A stretch of DNA of 64,000 bases from the human T2T-CHM13v2.0 reference genome, Homo sapiens. Below the pieces are notes generated by a model, which saw only the letters and a list, made by a program, of their open reading frames with translations, was not told the origin of the DNA and ran no database searches. Below are positions 24,644 through 42,149 of this stretch, piece after piece. How positions within the stretch are numbered: the first letter of the stretch is position 1; each line of letters starts with the position of its first letter. The stretch lies in the NCBI RefSeq assembly GCF_009914755.1, contig NC_060927.1. One strand, given 5' to 3'. A program made the translations under genes and the position numbers.

Positions 24644-26189
24644 TTCAGACATGAATTTATTCATTAGATGCTATTTGGGGTTTATGTGGTCCTTTTCTCT
24701 CCTTGCCTCTAGAACTCTGCTGATTTAAAGATGTGCTTTTATGTAATACCTCCCCTCCCCTACACGATTTCCATTACTTTTTTCTTAACAAATAGAGAAA
24801 AATAAATAGATGAATGTAATATGAGGCCTTAACTAAAGTTTAACTGGCTGTAAATGTTCCATTTTCAGTGAAAAGGCTGCATTGAGAGACCTTAGTAAAG
24901 CTTACATTGTACCTGAATTATACAGGTATTTGTCATCTCTGAGCCATCATGAAGAACGAATGAGTTTTGAGACTTGGCATTGACAGTGCTCAGTGTTGGT
25001 CTTCTGTGTATAGCTTGGTGGTGGAAGCTTACAGGGTACCTTCAGTTTCAGCCACTGCTTTGAGGCCCCCTTCTGGTTCTGCCTGGGAAAGGAGACTTCT
25101 GAGCTCCTCACAGCTCTTAATGTGGGAAGGAAAACAGATGAAATGTTTTTCATTTAATAACCTTATTTTGTTAAACTGTATTGTTTTTCCCAGGTATATC
25201 TCACACCAGGATTCCCAGTAAGAGTAGCTCAAATGTCACACAGTGATTTCTATAGCACAGCCAGGCAATTCAATGAGTACCTATCAACTTGTAGTCCACT
25301 CCTAGCATCTTGGCTTTTCTTGAACAGACCCCAAAGAGCCCACTAAAACATTTCTGATATTTTACCCACATTGGATTGCTTCTGTCATTTTCTTGATAAC
25401 CTAGATTTTGTTGCTTTGAGGTCTTTTAACCAGCTCTAACTTGAAGAGCTAGCTAATTTTATTGTTTTTATACCCGTTAGTAGTATGCTAGAGATACCAT
25501 ATTGTGGTGTATAATTTTTGCCTTTACTTGAATTAAATCAGTTATTGGAGCATTTAATTGTTGTGTACTTCACGAAGCAATTTAGAATCATTGAAGCAAT
25601 TAGTGTTTTTGAGATATATTCAACCTTCCAGTTAAGAAACCTGTACCTAGTCTCCTAAATTGCTTACAGATGTTAAATCCCTTATTCAATGTCTGTGGCA
25701 GGTTAAATAGTATCTTATATCTTATGTCCTTTGACATACAATACCAGATGAAATTATATAATACCAGTAATGTCATAGAATAATTTTTGGCTTTGGTAAA
25801 TTACGAAACTTTTAAAAAAATTATATTATGAGATTTTGTGCACAAGGTATATTAACTAAATCTAAGGCAACAAAGTTTGTTTTTGTATTTCAGAGTTTCT
25901 GATATGTTCTTTTAAAAATGCAAATAACTAGTTATCTAGATAAGAAGAAAAAGCCTTAAAATTTAAAAAATAAATAAGGAAAAAAATTTAAAATGCCAAT
26001 AACTTTAAAGGTGTAAATAATAGCTATTTGTTAATATAATAGCAGATTTAATTAATAATTAGTAATATAAAATTGAACATTTTGAAAAGGAGAGAAAGAA
26101 ATCTTATCCAGGATTATCTTAAAAGCAAATTTTTCCTCACATTGCATGGCCCAAAAGTGATTAACAATTTAAAAAATAATTGTAAAGTA

Positions 26190-26630
26190 CAGATCAACTA
26201 GAAACGCTTTCAGCTACAAGTTTTATGCACAATGAGATAAAACAATAGGGATTTATTTTTCCAGAACAAGAAGTCTGAGGAGAGTAGTTGTTTGCTTTTT
26301 GTTTACAGGCTCGATGTTGTCAGAATTTTGTCCTTGTGATTTCTCTTGTGCTTGCTGTAAGACAGATGCCTCTGTTGATCCAGATATCACACTGTCATTC
26401 AAAGAAGGAAGAATGAGAAACAGTTGTTCCTGTTGAGTCTTTCTCTTTTAATCAGGAAATAAAAGCTTTCCCAAAGATCCCCGGCAAATGTCCACTGTGC
26501 ACTAACTGGCTCATGTCATATGGCTGCCCTAGCTTTAATGGAAGTGGAGATATCAAAGACTTTTGGCTTCTGTGGTAGATGGAGCAGGGGAACAAAGGTT
26601 TGAGAATGACTTTTGGATAACTGTCAGTAG
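26190..26630 (-). mobile_element. Old MLT1-like LTR
   Basis: gctttcagctacaag...gggatttatt...aacaagaagtctgagg...tgtcatatggctgccctagct; degenerate. Confidence 0.45.
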
Positions 26631-26707
26631 TTTCAGCCATAGTCTGATGACTAAAACCATGTTTATTTTAAATTTTATTTCTTCTCATTGTTATCAATTT
26701 TGTGCCG

Positions 26708-26710
<3 letters not shown>

Positions 26711-26747
<37 letters not shown>
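26711..26747. repeat. (TG)n microsatellite
   Basis: About 18 TG units. Confidence 0.95.
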
Positions 26748-26750
<3 letters not shown>

Positions 26751-27783
26751 AGTTTAGCAACTCTAACCTTCCCATACCAAGTGTTCACTTCAGTGATTTC
26801 CAAATTTTAAGTCCCTGAGCAAAGGCATTCCTCAGAAACTGATGGTATCTCCAGTTAAAAGGCCATCTAGCTAATATTGCATCTAATATTTTTCCTATAC
26901 TTTGCATTACAAACACTTTTCGTAAAACTTGATGGTTCTATAATAAATCTGCTTTAAATCTAAAAATATTCAGTAATCTCTCCATATAGACTGCATTAAA
27001 AAATATGGGTATAATACAAATACAAGAAAAATTGAGTATTAGGATTTCTTTTATGAAGATTTTCTTAGCTGCCTGAAAAAGCAAAATAAGCCATTATTCC
27101 CTAGAGGAGAGCCTACTCTAAAAATTTATTACCCTAGAAAACGGTGTTATTATCCATTTCAAAAATGTGAAAAATATGAACATCTATAGAGTGATTATTA
27201 CCTAAATTATGACTCATTCATACAGTGACACTTTGATACTCATGGTTTTGGTGAATTATGATTCCTTGAGGTAGGAAAGTCTGAGAAGAAAATTGAAATT
27301 GAGAAAATGTAAATAAGTACATTAATTTTTTTCTCTGCCTATAAAACTCTCATAATCAAAGATACTGACTTGGCAAAATTGTAGTTGTCTTTGCATTTCT
27401 ATATCAACATTTTTACTGCCTGATTTTTACATTTCTATCATGTTACCCTAGGTGAATGGCTTTATCGGGATAAAGCTTTCCAGATAAGAGTCACGTGTAA
27501 ATTTCTAAACTCTTCTACAAACAATCTCTAGTGTGAGTTTGGATTCTATAGGGGAATATAACAAAATATATAAAATTACTGTCTGGCATAATCTTTTGTC
27601 AATATAGTTAATAAAAGAAGGCATTGGAAGACACATTTACATTACAACAAGGATATATGACTTAAGGCTATGATATTACAGCAGTTACTATTGTAGAAAG
27701 CCAGAAGGAGAAGAAATTGGTCTATGTGGTAATCAGGAAAGGCTTTAAGGAAGAATTAGGGCAGCTGGTATGTTGGTTAATTG

Positions 27784-27990
27784 CAGGGGATGGCAAGCTA
27801 GGGCCTACAGTCACACTACCTTGTTTTATAAATAAAGTTTTATTGTAACACAACCATGCCCATTCATTTACATCTTGTTAAGGCTGCCTTCTCGGTACAA
27901 CAGCAGAGTTGAGTCATTGCAATGAAGACGTGAACCACAAGACTAAAGTATTTCCTATCTGGCCCTTTTAAAAAAATTTGTCAAACACTG
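27784..27990 (+). mobile_element. MER58A (hAT-Charlie) nested in a MIR
   Basis: cagggg...aaataaagttttattg...cagcagagttgagt...tatctggccctttt...tttgtcaaacactg; gttaa at both flanks. Confidence 0.85.
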
Positions 27991-28210
27991 GTTAAGAATG
28001 TCAGCTCTACAGTCAGACAAAACTGAGTTCAAATTTTTGTTCCATAATCATTAGCTATATGATATTCAGTATGTTACTTAATCTCTCTAAACTTTGGTTT
28101 TGTGATATGTAACTTTACTCAAAGGTTGTTTATGTTGACATAATGAGATTTTACACAGAGTGCATTACACAGTAACTGGCGTGTAGTAAATGCTCATTAA
28201 ATGTTATTTT
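27991..28210 (+). mobile_element. MIR (5' end at ~27762, before the MER58A)
   Basis: gttaagaatgtcagctctacagtcagac...gttacttaatctctct...tagtaaatgctcattaaatg. Confidence 0.7.
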
Positions 28211-28489
28211 ATTAAACGTTAGGTTTTATTTTATGATAATTTATTTTGTAAGTGAACTATAACTTTTTTTACTCAAATAGGGATTTGAAGCTCTCATTTT
28301 AACTCCTCTTCAAACTGCTAAAATAATGTTCAGGACACTAGGAAGGGTATCATCTAATTGTGAGAAATTTAGAAGAGTTGCACAGAATATTGTACTAGGA
28401 CAGTAAGATTAAGAGCCAAATGACCTAAGTGTATGGAAAAAGTAATGCTACACTTTAAAATATAGTTAATATTTTAACTATATTGTTAT

Positions 28490-28771
28490 TTTTTATATAT
28501 ATAACTATATTTAAATATTTTATATTTATATATAAATATATATAAATATAAAAATATATATATAAATATATATATAAACATATATATAAATATATATAAA
28601 ATATATATAAATATATAAATATATATATTATATATAACTATATTTATATATTAAATATATATTATATATAACTATGGTTATATATATATAATATATAAAT
28701 ATAGTTATATATATAATATATATATTATATATAACTATAGTTATATATAATATATATAAATATATATATAT
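28490..28771. repeat. Degenerate AT-rich (TA)n tract with internal palindromes
   Basis: About 280 bp of almost pure A/T; repeated attatatataactat unit. Confidence 0.95.
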
Positions 28772-28888
28772 CAACTGAATAGCTTATTGAGTATTGAAGG
28801 GTGCCAAGCCAGTCAGTTTTTTATAAGTTAAGATACTTTCTCAGAATTTAGAAGAAAATTATATTTAAGGGTAGGGGAACCTAATATA

Positions 28889-31630
<2,742 letters not shown>

Positions 31631-32586
31631 GTGAATATAGTATTTAAAACTTTTAAAAATAGGAGTTATGGAAGATAGAATTATGAGGAACCCAGACTAG
31701 CAGATAAAAAGTAATGTAGAATAAAAAATTCATTCTACATCACTTGGCCTCACAGAACACCATGAAAAATTAGTGAAGAGAAACTAAGACCTACCCACAC
31801 TTTGTTAAAGTTTTTTTGTGTTTTGTTGTTTTTTTTTTAATTTCAAAATGAAGGCAAGGAAAAAGCCTAAGCAACTTTAAGCAGATAAAAATAAAGGAGG
31901 CGGAAATATCAGCTTATCTTAATACTTCTTTATATCTTATTTTTCACTCAGAAAATATAATACTTAGGAACAAAAAAGTGTGATCAAAACAAAAAGAAAA
32001 AACTAGAACTTTAAGATAGAATGACAAATACTAAACAAATATATTGCAGTTATCAACAGCTTTAGTCCATTAGTGAAACACAAAATCCATCATACTGGAT
32101 AGAAAAAAAAAGTCAAACTATTTAATATTTAAAAGACAGGAAGTTAAGCAAAAGAATACTAGTTTAAAGTAAAAGGATGATGAAGCAATAAATAGACAAA
32201 AATAAGTTTTAAAATGTAAGGCAGCTATATTTGTATAAGACAAGGCAGAATTCGAGGCAAAACCTTTAAGGTCAAGGAAGGTAATTTATATTGATAAAGG
32301 TGTAATGCATAGTGAAGACTGAATAGCCATGAGCCTATTTATGTCAGTCACATAGAACTAACGTCGCTAAACCAGTCTGAAAAAGAACTGTAAACATGGC
32401 CTTTGGTGCCAGATCTTGATTCAAGAGGGAAAAAGTAAATAGTCATGCAACATTAAAAATAAGGAAGGGATAAAAATGGACTTTGGAAGAAATGGAGATG
32501 ACAACGTCTCAGAGGTGGTAGCATTGATGATGCGGATTTGAGGGAATTTGAGTATGAAATCAACTAGTTTTGTCCCTGAATTAGCT

Positions 32587-32638
32587 CAGGGATTACAAAA
32601 TAGGTCAGCAGTCAGCCCACAGGTAAGACAGAGTGTGT

Positions 32639-32680
<42 letters not shown>

Positions 32681-32801
32681 ACTGTATCTAAATACCAGTT
32701 CTCCACAATGAGTACCATGCTCTGTTGTCTTACACTGAGCTCTTTTTGGTCATTTTCCCAGCCTCCCTGGCCTCTGTAGGCATTTGGGTTTGTTACCACT
32801 A
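32587..32801 (+). mobile_element. MER102-like hAT element with internal (TG)n (32644-32679)
   Basis: cagggattacaaa...cccacag...ctggcctctgtaggcatttgggtttgttaccacta. Confidence 0.55.
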
Positions 32802-34499
32802 GTTTGGGATACGGGAGAAACTGATGAAGAGGAGTAAGTTTTGAGTCAAGCAGCAGGAAAAGAAAGAATAATTGTAATAATTCAAAATGTAACCGTTGTA
32901 AATGAGCTGAAAACGTAAAGCATTTAAATCTTTACAAGGATTATATTTATGTACATTCAGTTTGCTTCATGTTATTAAAAATTACTCACTGAGATATTGA
33001 TATATCACTATTTTGAAATTATCCCCTTGCTTTTATGATTAAGGAAGTCAACTTTCATTAAAATACTGAATCTCATTTCCTCTCTTCTGTGTCTTAAATT
33101 TTTGTTTGTGTTTTTTTGCTCTAGTTTACTCTCATACAATGTTCCTTTTATGTCTTACCTTACCCTAATGGGAACATTTTATTTTTTGGTTTGACTCCTT
33201 CTCAACATCCACAAAACATATGAAGACATCTGTGCTTTTTACCATCATTAAAACATAATGTTCAGCTAGCTGCCTGGCATGAATAATCCATCACTGAGGA
33301 CCATTAACCATACATGACAAGCTACAGTACAGTAATTGCTATCTTTATACAAGACAATTGTGACTATAAGGCTGATGACTTAAAACCATAAACCCAGTCT
33401 CACTTTAAATCTAATAGTGCACCAACTGATATTTTAAGTAGTGTTCTCTTTTCTTCTTTTTAGAATGACTTATAAATGAGAAACTTTAACAGGAATATCT
33501 CATTTATTAAAAGGATCCAGAATTTCCACTGTAACACACCTTAGAATGCAGGAAATAAGCTTACAAACCCAGCCAAATTCCTTGCTGTGAAATTCACCTT
33601 ATTTATCCATTAGCCTTTATGCAGAACCTGTTTACTGTTAATAAACTGTTTAATTTACTATTGAATGCTGTTTATATGTTTAGACAAATTAACAGTGACT
33701 CAATATAAACAAAAGATGAGAGGGGAAAAAAGCTAAGAAACTAAGAAAGCATAGGTGCCGGAAGGGTTCATGTCTTGACCTCAGAGAAGTGCAGAGACAT
33801 AAGCTGTGGGGCAGTATGTAGTGCTCAGTAGATACTGGCTGGGTGAATGAAGGACAGAGCCAGAAAGTTTTAAAAAATGACCTTCAGGCATAAGAAAGAG
33901 GATTAATTGTTACATTTCCACTTTTCTGGAAAAACTAAGTGAATTATATATTTTGTTAAAGTTTCATGCAAATGGGTAAAATAAAAATAAATTTCGGTGC
34001 TTAAAAAGTAAATTCACAGCTATTGATAAAACACCCAGCCGGGATGACTTATTTTCAGAGAAATTAAAGAAACCAAAGCTTTGCTTTTTTTTCTGGATGT
34101 CACTACATGTATATGTTACCCAAATATCTAAAATGACAGCACTGAAATGTCTGTTTCAGAAATGTGCATATGAAATGATTAATTACACATTATGTAACAT
34201 ATCTTCTTCCCAGGTTGAATTTAGCAAGCTCTATGAGAAATATTTTTTCAGCCATGCAGTGTAGCTTGGGAAAGTAAGAACAAGATGACTGCACATAGAA
34301 ATTAATGAAATAGAAAAGGCAACATGGAGCAATGGGTTTGCCATCACGTGTTCGTGATGCTTATTTGTGTATCATGTGAAGGCTATTATTAGTATGTGAA
34401 GAGAAAGTGAAAGGTTTACAGGAGGCAGTGGGTGTTGTCTAGAAGGAAATCCAGAACTGCTTCACTGTTTCTGAGACTGAACTTTTTACTGTGACCTAA

Positions 34500-34645
34500 G
34501 CACTAATATCTTTACATCCATACATTATCACCCTTAATTTTTATGACAATCGTATGAGACAAGTACTATCATAATTCTCATTTCATAGATGAGGAAAATG
34601 GGGCATAGAAAATCATATAGGTTATTTCAGGTATCACCACACAGT
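34500..34645 (-). mobile_element. MIR
   Basis: tatgacaatcgtatgag...ctcatttcatagatgaggaaaatggggcataga. Confidence 0.65.
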
Positions 34646-35989
34646 ACCTAGTTTGCATTTGTTTCCAGCCAAAACATAGTTCTGCAATATAATTATGATC
34701 TCAGAAGTAACCAGAATACTTTGTGTATTTCTATGGAATTGTCCATATTTACTTCACAGTATTTGTATATTGTACCTTGCATTCTTCAACTATGAATTCT
34801 CTTGCATTCTTAAAAAATTAGACAGCTGCAATTACATATCTAAACCCTATAAAAATAATAAAATCAATATATAAAAACTCTAACTTCAGACAAAAACTAG
34901 AGAATGTTTCATGATAATATTAAAAAAAGAATAGAAAATCCACGGCAAGCTTACTTTAAATTAGGCATTTCAAACTGGCAGTTTGACAGACTGAAATCTT
35001 TCTGTCTCACCTCCTGCCAGCTAAATTATGTTTTGCAGAGTTTATTATGTTAGGAAAAAAAAGATTTTCTTTAGGTAAGGAATATCCTCTTCAGTTACCG
35101 CAGACTCCTCTATTCTCCATTATACTGGACCAATTCACACATTTATATTATCTGCTAAGAAACTGCAGACTTCTGAGTTTGTCAGAACTTTCAATCATGA
35201 GCACCTTGGTAAATTTAAAATATGCTATTGAATTATTAACATAGTTTTTGGAATATGTCTACTTGATAAAATGAGGTAGCCCTGTAATTACACAAAGTAA
35301 GTCAAACTGTATCAGAATAGTTTTTCAAAGCTTAGTCTCTATAAGCAAAGATTAAATTATTAAGCAGTCAACCGTATCTGTTAACTTCCTTTAAATGTTT
35401 TCTCCACATGGAAAGGAATAGGAAATAAGAGATTTTTCTTAAGCCAGATGAAAAATTTGAGATGTGTTAAATTACTCCGCTAAATATATAGATTTATCAG
35501 AGAATAGTGTTGAGGTTATCGACACAAATGGTGATGGGTTGTCAATGGCATTTTCAGGCTGTCAACTCAACTGTCAGGATGAAACTAATTGGTACATCAT
35601 ATGCAGCGTTATGTATGATTTGTTCTAATATCTTTTCCAGTACGGTATCTAGTATCTTTTTCATGTACGATAATAAAGCCTCCAATATTAGTGATTCTCC
35701 TTCATGTGTGAAGTGACATTTTAAAACTGTATACTGTCCCACAATATAAATGGATTTTGTTTCAAATTGTGTTGTATGAAATTAAACTTTGTGAAATTGC
35801 CAACATTTGACTATTTTTGACCTACCAAAAAAAGGTAATTTATATGGTTCAACCTAATACAATAGTTATGCCAAATGGGGAAAATGTTTTTCAAGAGAAA
35901 CTGAAATACAGGTTTGTTTTGAGATTAGTAATAAACATGCATTGTGTTCCTGCTTTCTGCCAGACCCTGAGCTCTCAAGGAAGGTCATT

Positions 35990-36990
35990 TTCTCTCTTCA
36001 TCCTCCTAAGTCTTGCATGTGTTTGGGTTTCCCAGAGCTTGGCCATAGGGCGCCTCTTCCCCACACTCCCCAAAAACTCTAATCCAAATGTGCTCATAAC
36101 TCCTAAATGTATCTCTAACCCAGACCTACACTCTGAACTCTGACCTTATTTATCTAACTACTTTCTTAACTCTCCAAGTGGATGTCTCATGGGCACCTCA
36201 GATTTACCTATCCAAAGCAAAATTCATGATCCCCTATCTCACCCCTCTCTGCTTTTGTTCCAGCCTTCTCCATCTTAATGAAGGACAGCTCCACCTACCT
36301 ACCCAGCTGGCTGAGTTTAAACCTGGGAGTAATCCTGACTCGCCCTTCCTTACTGTTACCTCTGTCTTGTCCAATTTATTTTTTAAATAAGTCTATCCAT
36401 AATCTAACTATCCCTTTTCTATCTTCATTGCAACCCCCATAGTCAACTATCTTCTCTCACCTGGATTGTTACAATAACCACCCAATTTCTTCTTCAGCTT
36501 CTGCTTGAGACTCCCCATACTCTCTCCTGTATAACTTTATAAATTATACTGTGTTTAGGAGAAAATGCAACATCCTTGCTGCTTACAAGGGCCTAGATAA
36601 CCTAGCCCCTACCTCATAAGCCAGCCTCTTCTTTTCCTTTGTTCATTGTATTATTTCAGTTCTTTAATCACAGAGCTCTTTTCTGCCATCAGGCCTTCAT
36701 ATTATTCCCTCTGTCTGGAATACTGCTTCCCTCCTTAACTCTTATTTATCCTCATGTCTCAACTTAAATAACACTTGCTTAGAGAGGCCTTCCCTGATTC
36801 TCTCCTTAATCTAAAATAGGTCCCTGTTATTCTTTTATGTGACACACTATTACTTTTTATTCATTGCACTTAACACAGTTTTCAACTAGGTGCTTTAATG
36901 CATGTGTGTTCGTTTAATGTAAGCTCTGTGAAGGCAGAGCCCTTGTCTGCTGCTTTCACCTCCATGTCCAGGGCCCAGTACACAGTGGAT
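35990..36990 (+). mobile_element. L2 (~1 kb 3' region)
   Basis: tatctctaacccagacct...ggatgtctcatgggcacctcaga...gagaggccttccctga...tgtaagctctgtgaaggcag. Confidence 0.8.
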
Positions 36991-37134
36991 GCTCTCTGCT
37001 TGAAATGAAAAGTATAGTCTATATTGGATGTCGATGCTTGAGGAAAGCCAGATGTTCAGAGGAGGATGTGAGGGGCTTTTGGAAATGTGGTATGGTTTCA
37101 AATCCCATCTTTGTTTTGGGTGACTTTTCTGAGC

Positions 37135-37265
37135 CCCTAGATTGTAAGCTTTCTCAAAGCAGTTATTTTGTCTATTTTGTGTAGAGGGCACTGCTCTATT
37201 CCCAGTGCCCAGAAAAGTGCTTGATAATTAGGGATGTTCAATAAATATTTGTTGAGTAAATGAAC
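37135..37265 (+). mobile_element. L2 3' end
   Basis: ctagattgtaagct...cccagtgcccaga...tcaataaatatttgttgagtaaatga. Confidence 0.7.
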
Positions 37266-39699
37266 TGTTTCCTCTTTCACAAAGTTCCTTTCTCATGAAA
37301 CTATAAGGGTGGTAAATAAAGAAAATATAGGAAGCATCTAATGTATAGCAGGTACTCAATAATGCCAGAAACCCTAGTGGGTTTTTCAAAACATAATTCT
37401 CACATTTTTTACAAGAGTGATTCTCAGAGGCCTTGGGACCCTATGAAGATTGGGGGTGGGGAGCAGTGAGGTGGGTATCTTAAACTTACCCCTGTGGCCT
37501 TTTTTCAAACTACCTAAACTTATACTTCATGTCCAGTGCCTACTACAGACTGGCTATTTTTCATGAAGAATATATCATATTCCTCAGGTGTGCTAAAGCA
37601 AAGATTAAGGAAAATATGTCTAAATCTTGCCTAGAACCAATGTCACAAGAATAATAGCTAATAAAGGAGAACTGTATATCAGAAGACTATCAGTGTTGTT
37701 AGGCTAAAGAATGTATATTAAAAAAGGAACTGTGAAATAATTATATAGTGATGCTACTGTCTCTCTTCTGGTAAGAAATATCAGAATGTGTGCTTGATAG
37801 AGTGTCTCTCTGGATATATTACCTTGGATTCAATTTTAAAGGCATTTGCTAGCCCTTAATGTTTTTTAAAAGGGGGAGAGGAGTAGATTTCTTATTCTCC
37901 AAAATCATGTATTAACCTTACTTCAAGCTGCTTTTTCAAGGGAAATATTTATACTCCCAGTAACTGGTTGGAAGAGATGCAGTTATGCCACATTTACCTT
38001 TGTTTTATCCAGTTTAAGAATTTGTGAGCTCTGTATTCATTTTTATACTGGTTAATTAGGCATGAAATCCAGGAGGGATAAAGGAATAAAGGTCAGAATC
38101 ACCACAGGCTGTCACAAATCCCAGAAATAGGGGAAGTGAAAATTCACCAACCAATTGAACCACACATTACACACAGCTAGACCCTGGGCTACAGAGATGC
38201 ATCTTCAGCAACTGGAATAGATGAAAGTGTCTCTTAAAGCCCTCCATTGATCTATAATTGTAAAATGTTTACAAGCATTTTGATTGTATACAACAAAAAT
38301 AAGCAACTTTAAGTGTCCTACTTCTGTGGCACATACATTTTCATAATTTACAGATTCTATTATCTGTGCTTTCTTTAGTATATGTACACTGTTCAAATTT
38401 GAATATTCTAAATGTCAACAAAGAATAACATTAATGTTTATGACTTGGCCATAAGGAAATCCACAGTGCAAAATCTGAATTTTCACGTCCTTGGAACATA
38501 CTGGAAGTGTCACTAATCAGATAAATCCACTAGAAGAAAAACTTCTGTTAGAGGTATAATCCAGAAGGGAAGTTGATTGAATACAACTGCATTATTTGGT
38601 TATAGCAGAACTGCCACACTATAGGATTTCCAGATTCATCCAGGTAAATCCTTTCATTTTCTTCCACTTCAGGAGTTCTCAATCTTTGCTGGTCTGCGTG
38701 TCCACCATGGAGTTCAGGTTCAAGCTATTTTTGTCCATGTCCTACCCAACCCTGAGTAGGTGCTTGCTTCTTGGATCCCTGCTAGCACTTTTTCATTCCC
38801 TATTAACTGACCACCTAGTTGGCCTCCTCTTCCTTCTTTCTTTCTTTCCTGCTGTTCACAGATATCTTTGATAGCTCCTTCCTGCAGCCTCATGCAGCTC
38901 AATGAACTGTTCTGCTGTCTGATCAAAACATTCATTCAACAAATCCCATTCCTTCTTGACTTTTATTCCAGTCTTTCAACAATCCTACCAGGTTACTGGG
39001 CCATAGCTCTCATTGTAAGCATTAAGATATAACTCCACAACTACATTTTTTTAAGTTTAGCTGTATGGGAAAGAATCATGCATATTAATCCATGACCTAT
39101 TTCAGGATGGTAGTTTGGAAGCACTTCCTAATTAAGAAACTCTGAAAGAAAGCACATGGCATTATCACGATCACTCCAAATGGACCTCCTTTTAAAGTCA
39201 TTTCAGATTTCACCAGCAGTGCACATTCACTCCTGATTTGGAGTAGGCAAGTGACCAAGGATACTGGTAGATTCAATATTTTAAAAGGAACTTACTGGTA
39301 AAAATAAGTTCTTGTTTCAAGGAAATAGATGATGGTCTTATAGTACTTCAAAAGGGCCCATTAAGATAGAGCTATACTTTGTAAAAATATTTGTTATTTT
39401 AGGTTAAGCAATTCAGAGAGAGGAAACCATAAGAAGGCTGTGGTTGGTACTGGAACCTTGTAAAATGAAGATCAAAATCACTGACTGTTCATACTTGAAA
39501 TTACAATAAATGTAAAATGTGACCTTGGTATTATGGCATAGTCTTTTAAAAATGTCTTTGTTTTCATTTGTTTTTCACTTTCTTCTGTAATCTCTCAGAT
39601 TCTGGTACTACTGAAATAGTTTAGCTTTGTAAACCTAAAGCCTATATTATTAGCTATTAAAACAAGTAGGTGTTGCTGATTTTTTTTTTTTTTTTTTTT

Positions 39700-40193
39700 T
39701 GGCTGTGGTCCGTCCTGCAGACCCCAGCTGCATGACGGATGAATAACGTACTCAGACACTGATATTCAGTGAAAGAGTTGGCTAGGGGACCAGGCCGCTG
39801 ACTGAAAGAGATGTAGCAGCCATGACCCTGACTAGCTGGCTCCTCCGACATTTATTCAGCACACATTAAATGACAAAGGCTTTGAGTCAGCACCACTAGA
39901 GGCTAATTAACCTGGTCACTCTCCCCACCCCCTGACCCCTGCCCCCAACCCCAGAGAGCCATCCTGCCCACGAATGATCAAAGGTTAGTTTTAGGACCAC
40001 ATGAGTAAACAAGTTATTTAGATAAACTCCTCTACATTCCTAGGTATCCATGCCCTATGCTTTTAAGATAATTCAGCTGCTTTCAGTCAAACACTTTACT
40101 GAAGCTATGTAAACCCCCAGGCCTTCCAAGAAGTTTTGTGTTTATTTCCCATAATTTTACAATTTCTCCCACCATCCTGACCCAACCCCCACA
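39700..40193 (-). mobile_element. Solo LTR, LTR22-like (HERV-K HML5)
   Basis: TG...CA ends, 494 bp; reverse strand starts tgtgggggttgggtcaggatggtgggagaaa...cttcttggaaggcctg; AATAAA on minus near 39850. Confidence 0.75.
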
Positions 40194-40495
<302 letters not shown>

Positions 40496-41382
40496 TAAAA
40501 TTGCTTTTGTAATTAAACTTCCAAATAAACATGTCTAGCCATTAGTTAAAAGATAAGTCATCTTTTTTTTTGAAAAATATATATAAGCATATGCCCCTTG
40601 TAATGACTATGGCAGTCATGCCATAAAAGCAATTTCTAGTCCACCACTGCAGTTATTTAGATTAGCTATTTGATTTCCATTAATCCAAAGAAGACCAGAA
40701 CATCTAAGTATCTACAATATGCAACCAACTTTCTGCTTCAGACTTTATAAATAATGTATTCTGCGTCTCAGCTGACTCTTCGTTATGTCACAAGTCTAAG
40801 CCACCATGTAAAAAATAGACTTAGTGACTCTATGTAAATGAGGTTTTCTGCCTGTAGGGAATCAATTCTGTGAAATTCAGTGAGTAATAAAACAGCTACA
40901 AAGGATTTATTAAAGAGAGAAAAGTGCATCTATTACTGATTAGGATATTTTTAGGGAAAGGCACATTGAACAGCAACCTTTAAATAATCAAGTTAGTTAA
41001 TCACAGTATCAAATGACTTTAGTGCTGGAAGGAATCTGAAAGATCAAAGACCAACCCTCCTGTTTTACTGATGAAGCCTAGAGCTTTTTCTAAGACCAGC
41101 TTTTGAAAGGACCTCACACTAAACTGCAAGGTCACTGAAGGCAGTGTATAATGGTTGCTTATATCCGTGGTGTTTGTGCAGTGCTTGGGATGTATTAAAC
41201 ACTGAAAATACGAATTTGCATGATGAATTAATAAATGATTTTATAAACAAACATGAGTAAAGGAATTAATATGATCTCCTTGGTGTTACATAGGAATTTC
41301 TGTTATACAAATCATAATGAACGTTAATGTTACCTGTTTTCAAAAAGTATTCTCGTTTTTAAAGGAGCCTCAATTAGTGAGA

Positions 41383-41853
<471 letters not shown>

Positions 41854-42149
41854 TCAGAAAACCAAATCTCCAGCCAGAGTATAAATGTCAGGGGTATTCA
41901 GCATTCTGATTTATGTAACACAAATCCCTATGCAACAGACAGGAAGTAATATTAATTCCTTTACACGGATTCATATTTTGAATGTCTCCGTATCTTTCTA
42001 AGTCTTTTGTCTTCATTCTGGACCTGCAGGTGTGTGGATCCGGTGCCCTGTGTCCCCTGATACCCCACACATTTTTTCTTGTCTAAGCTTACATTTTAAT
42101 CAAGCTACATTTTTAAAGAGGTATTTCTTTGGATGGATTGATTTTTAAC

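Noticed and set aside
25165-25222. Possible SERPINI1 micro-exon (tttttcccag|...cca|gtaaga)
   Set aside because: Weak donor; such motif pairs are common by chance in a long intron
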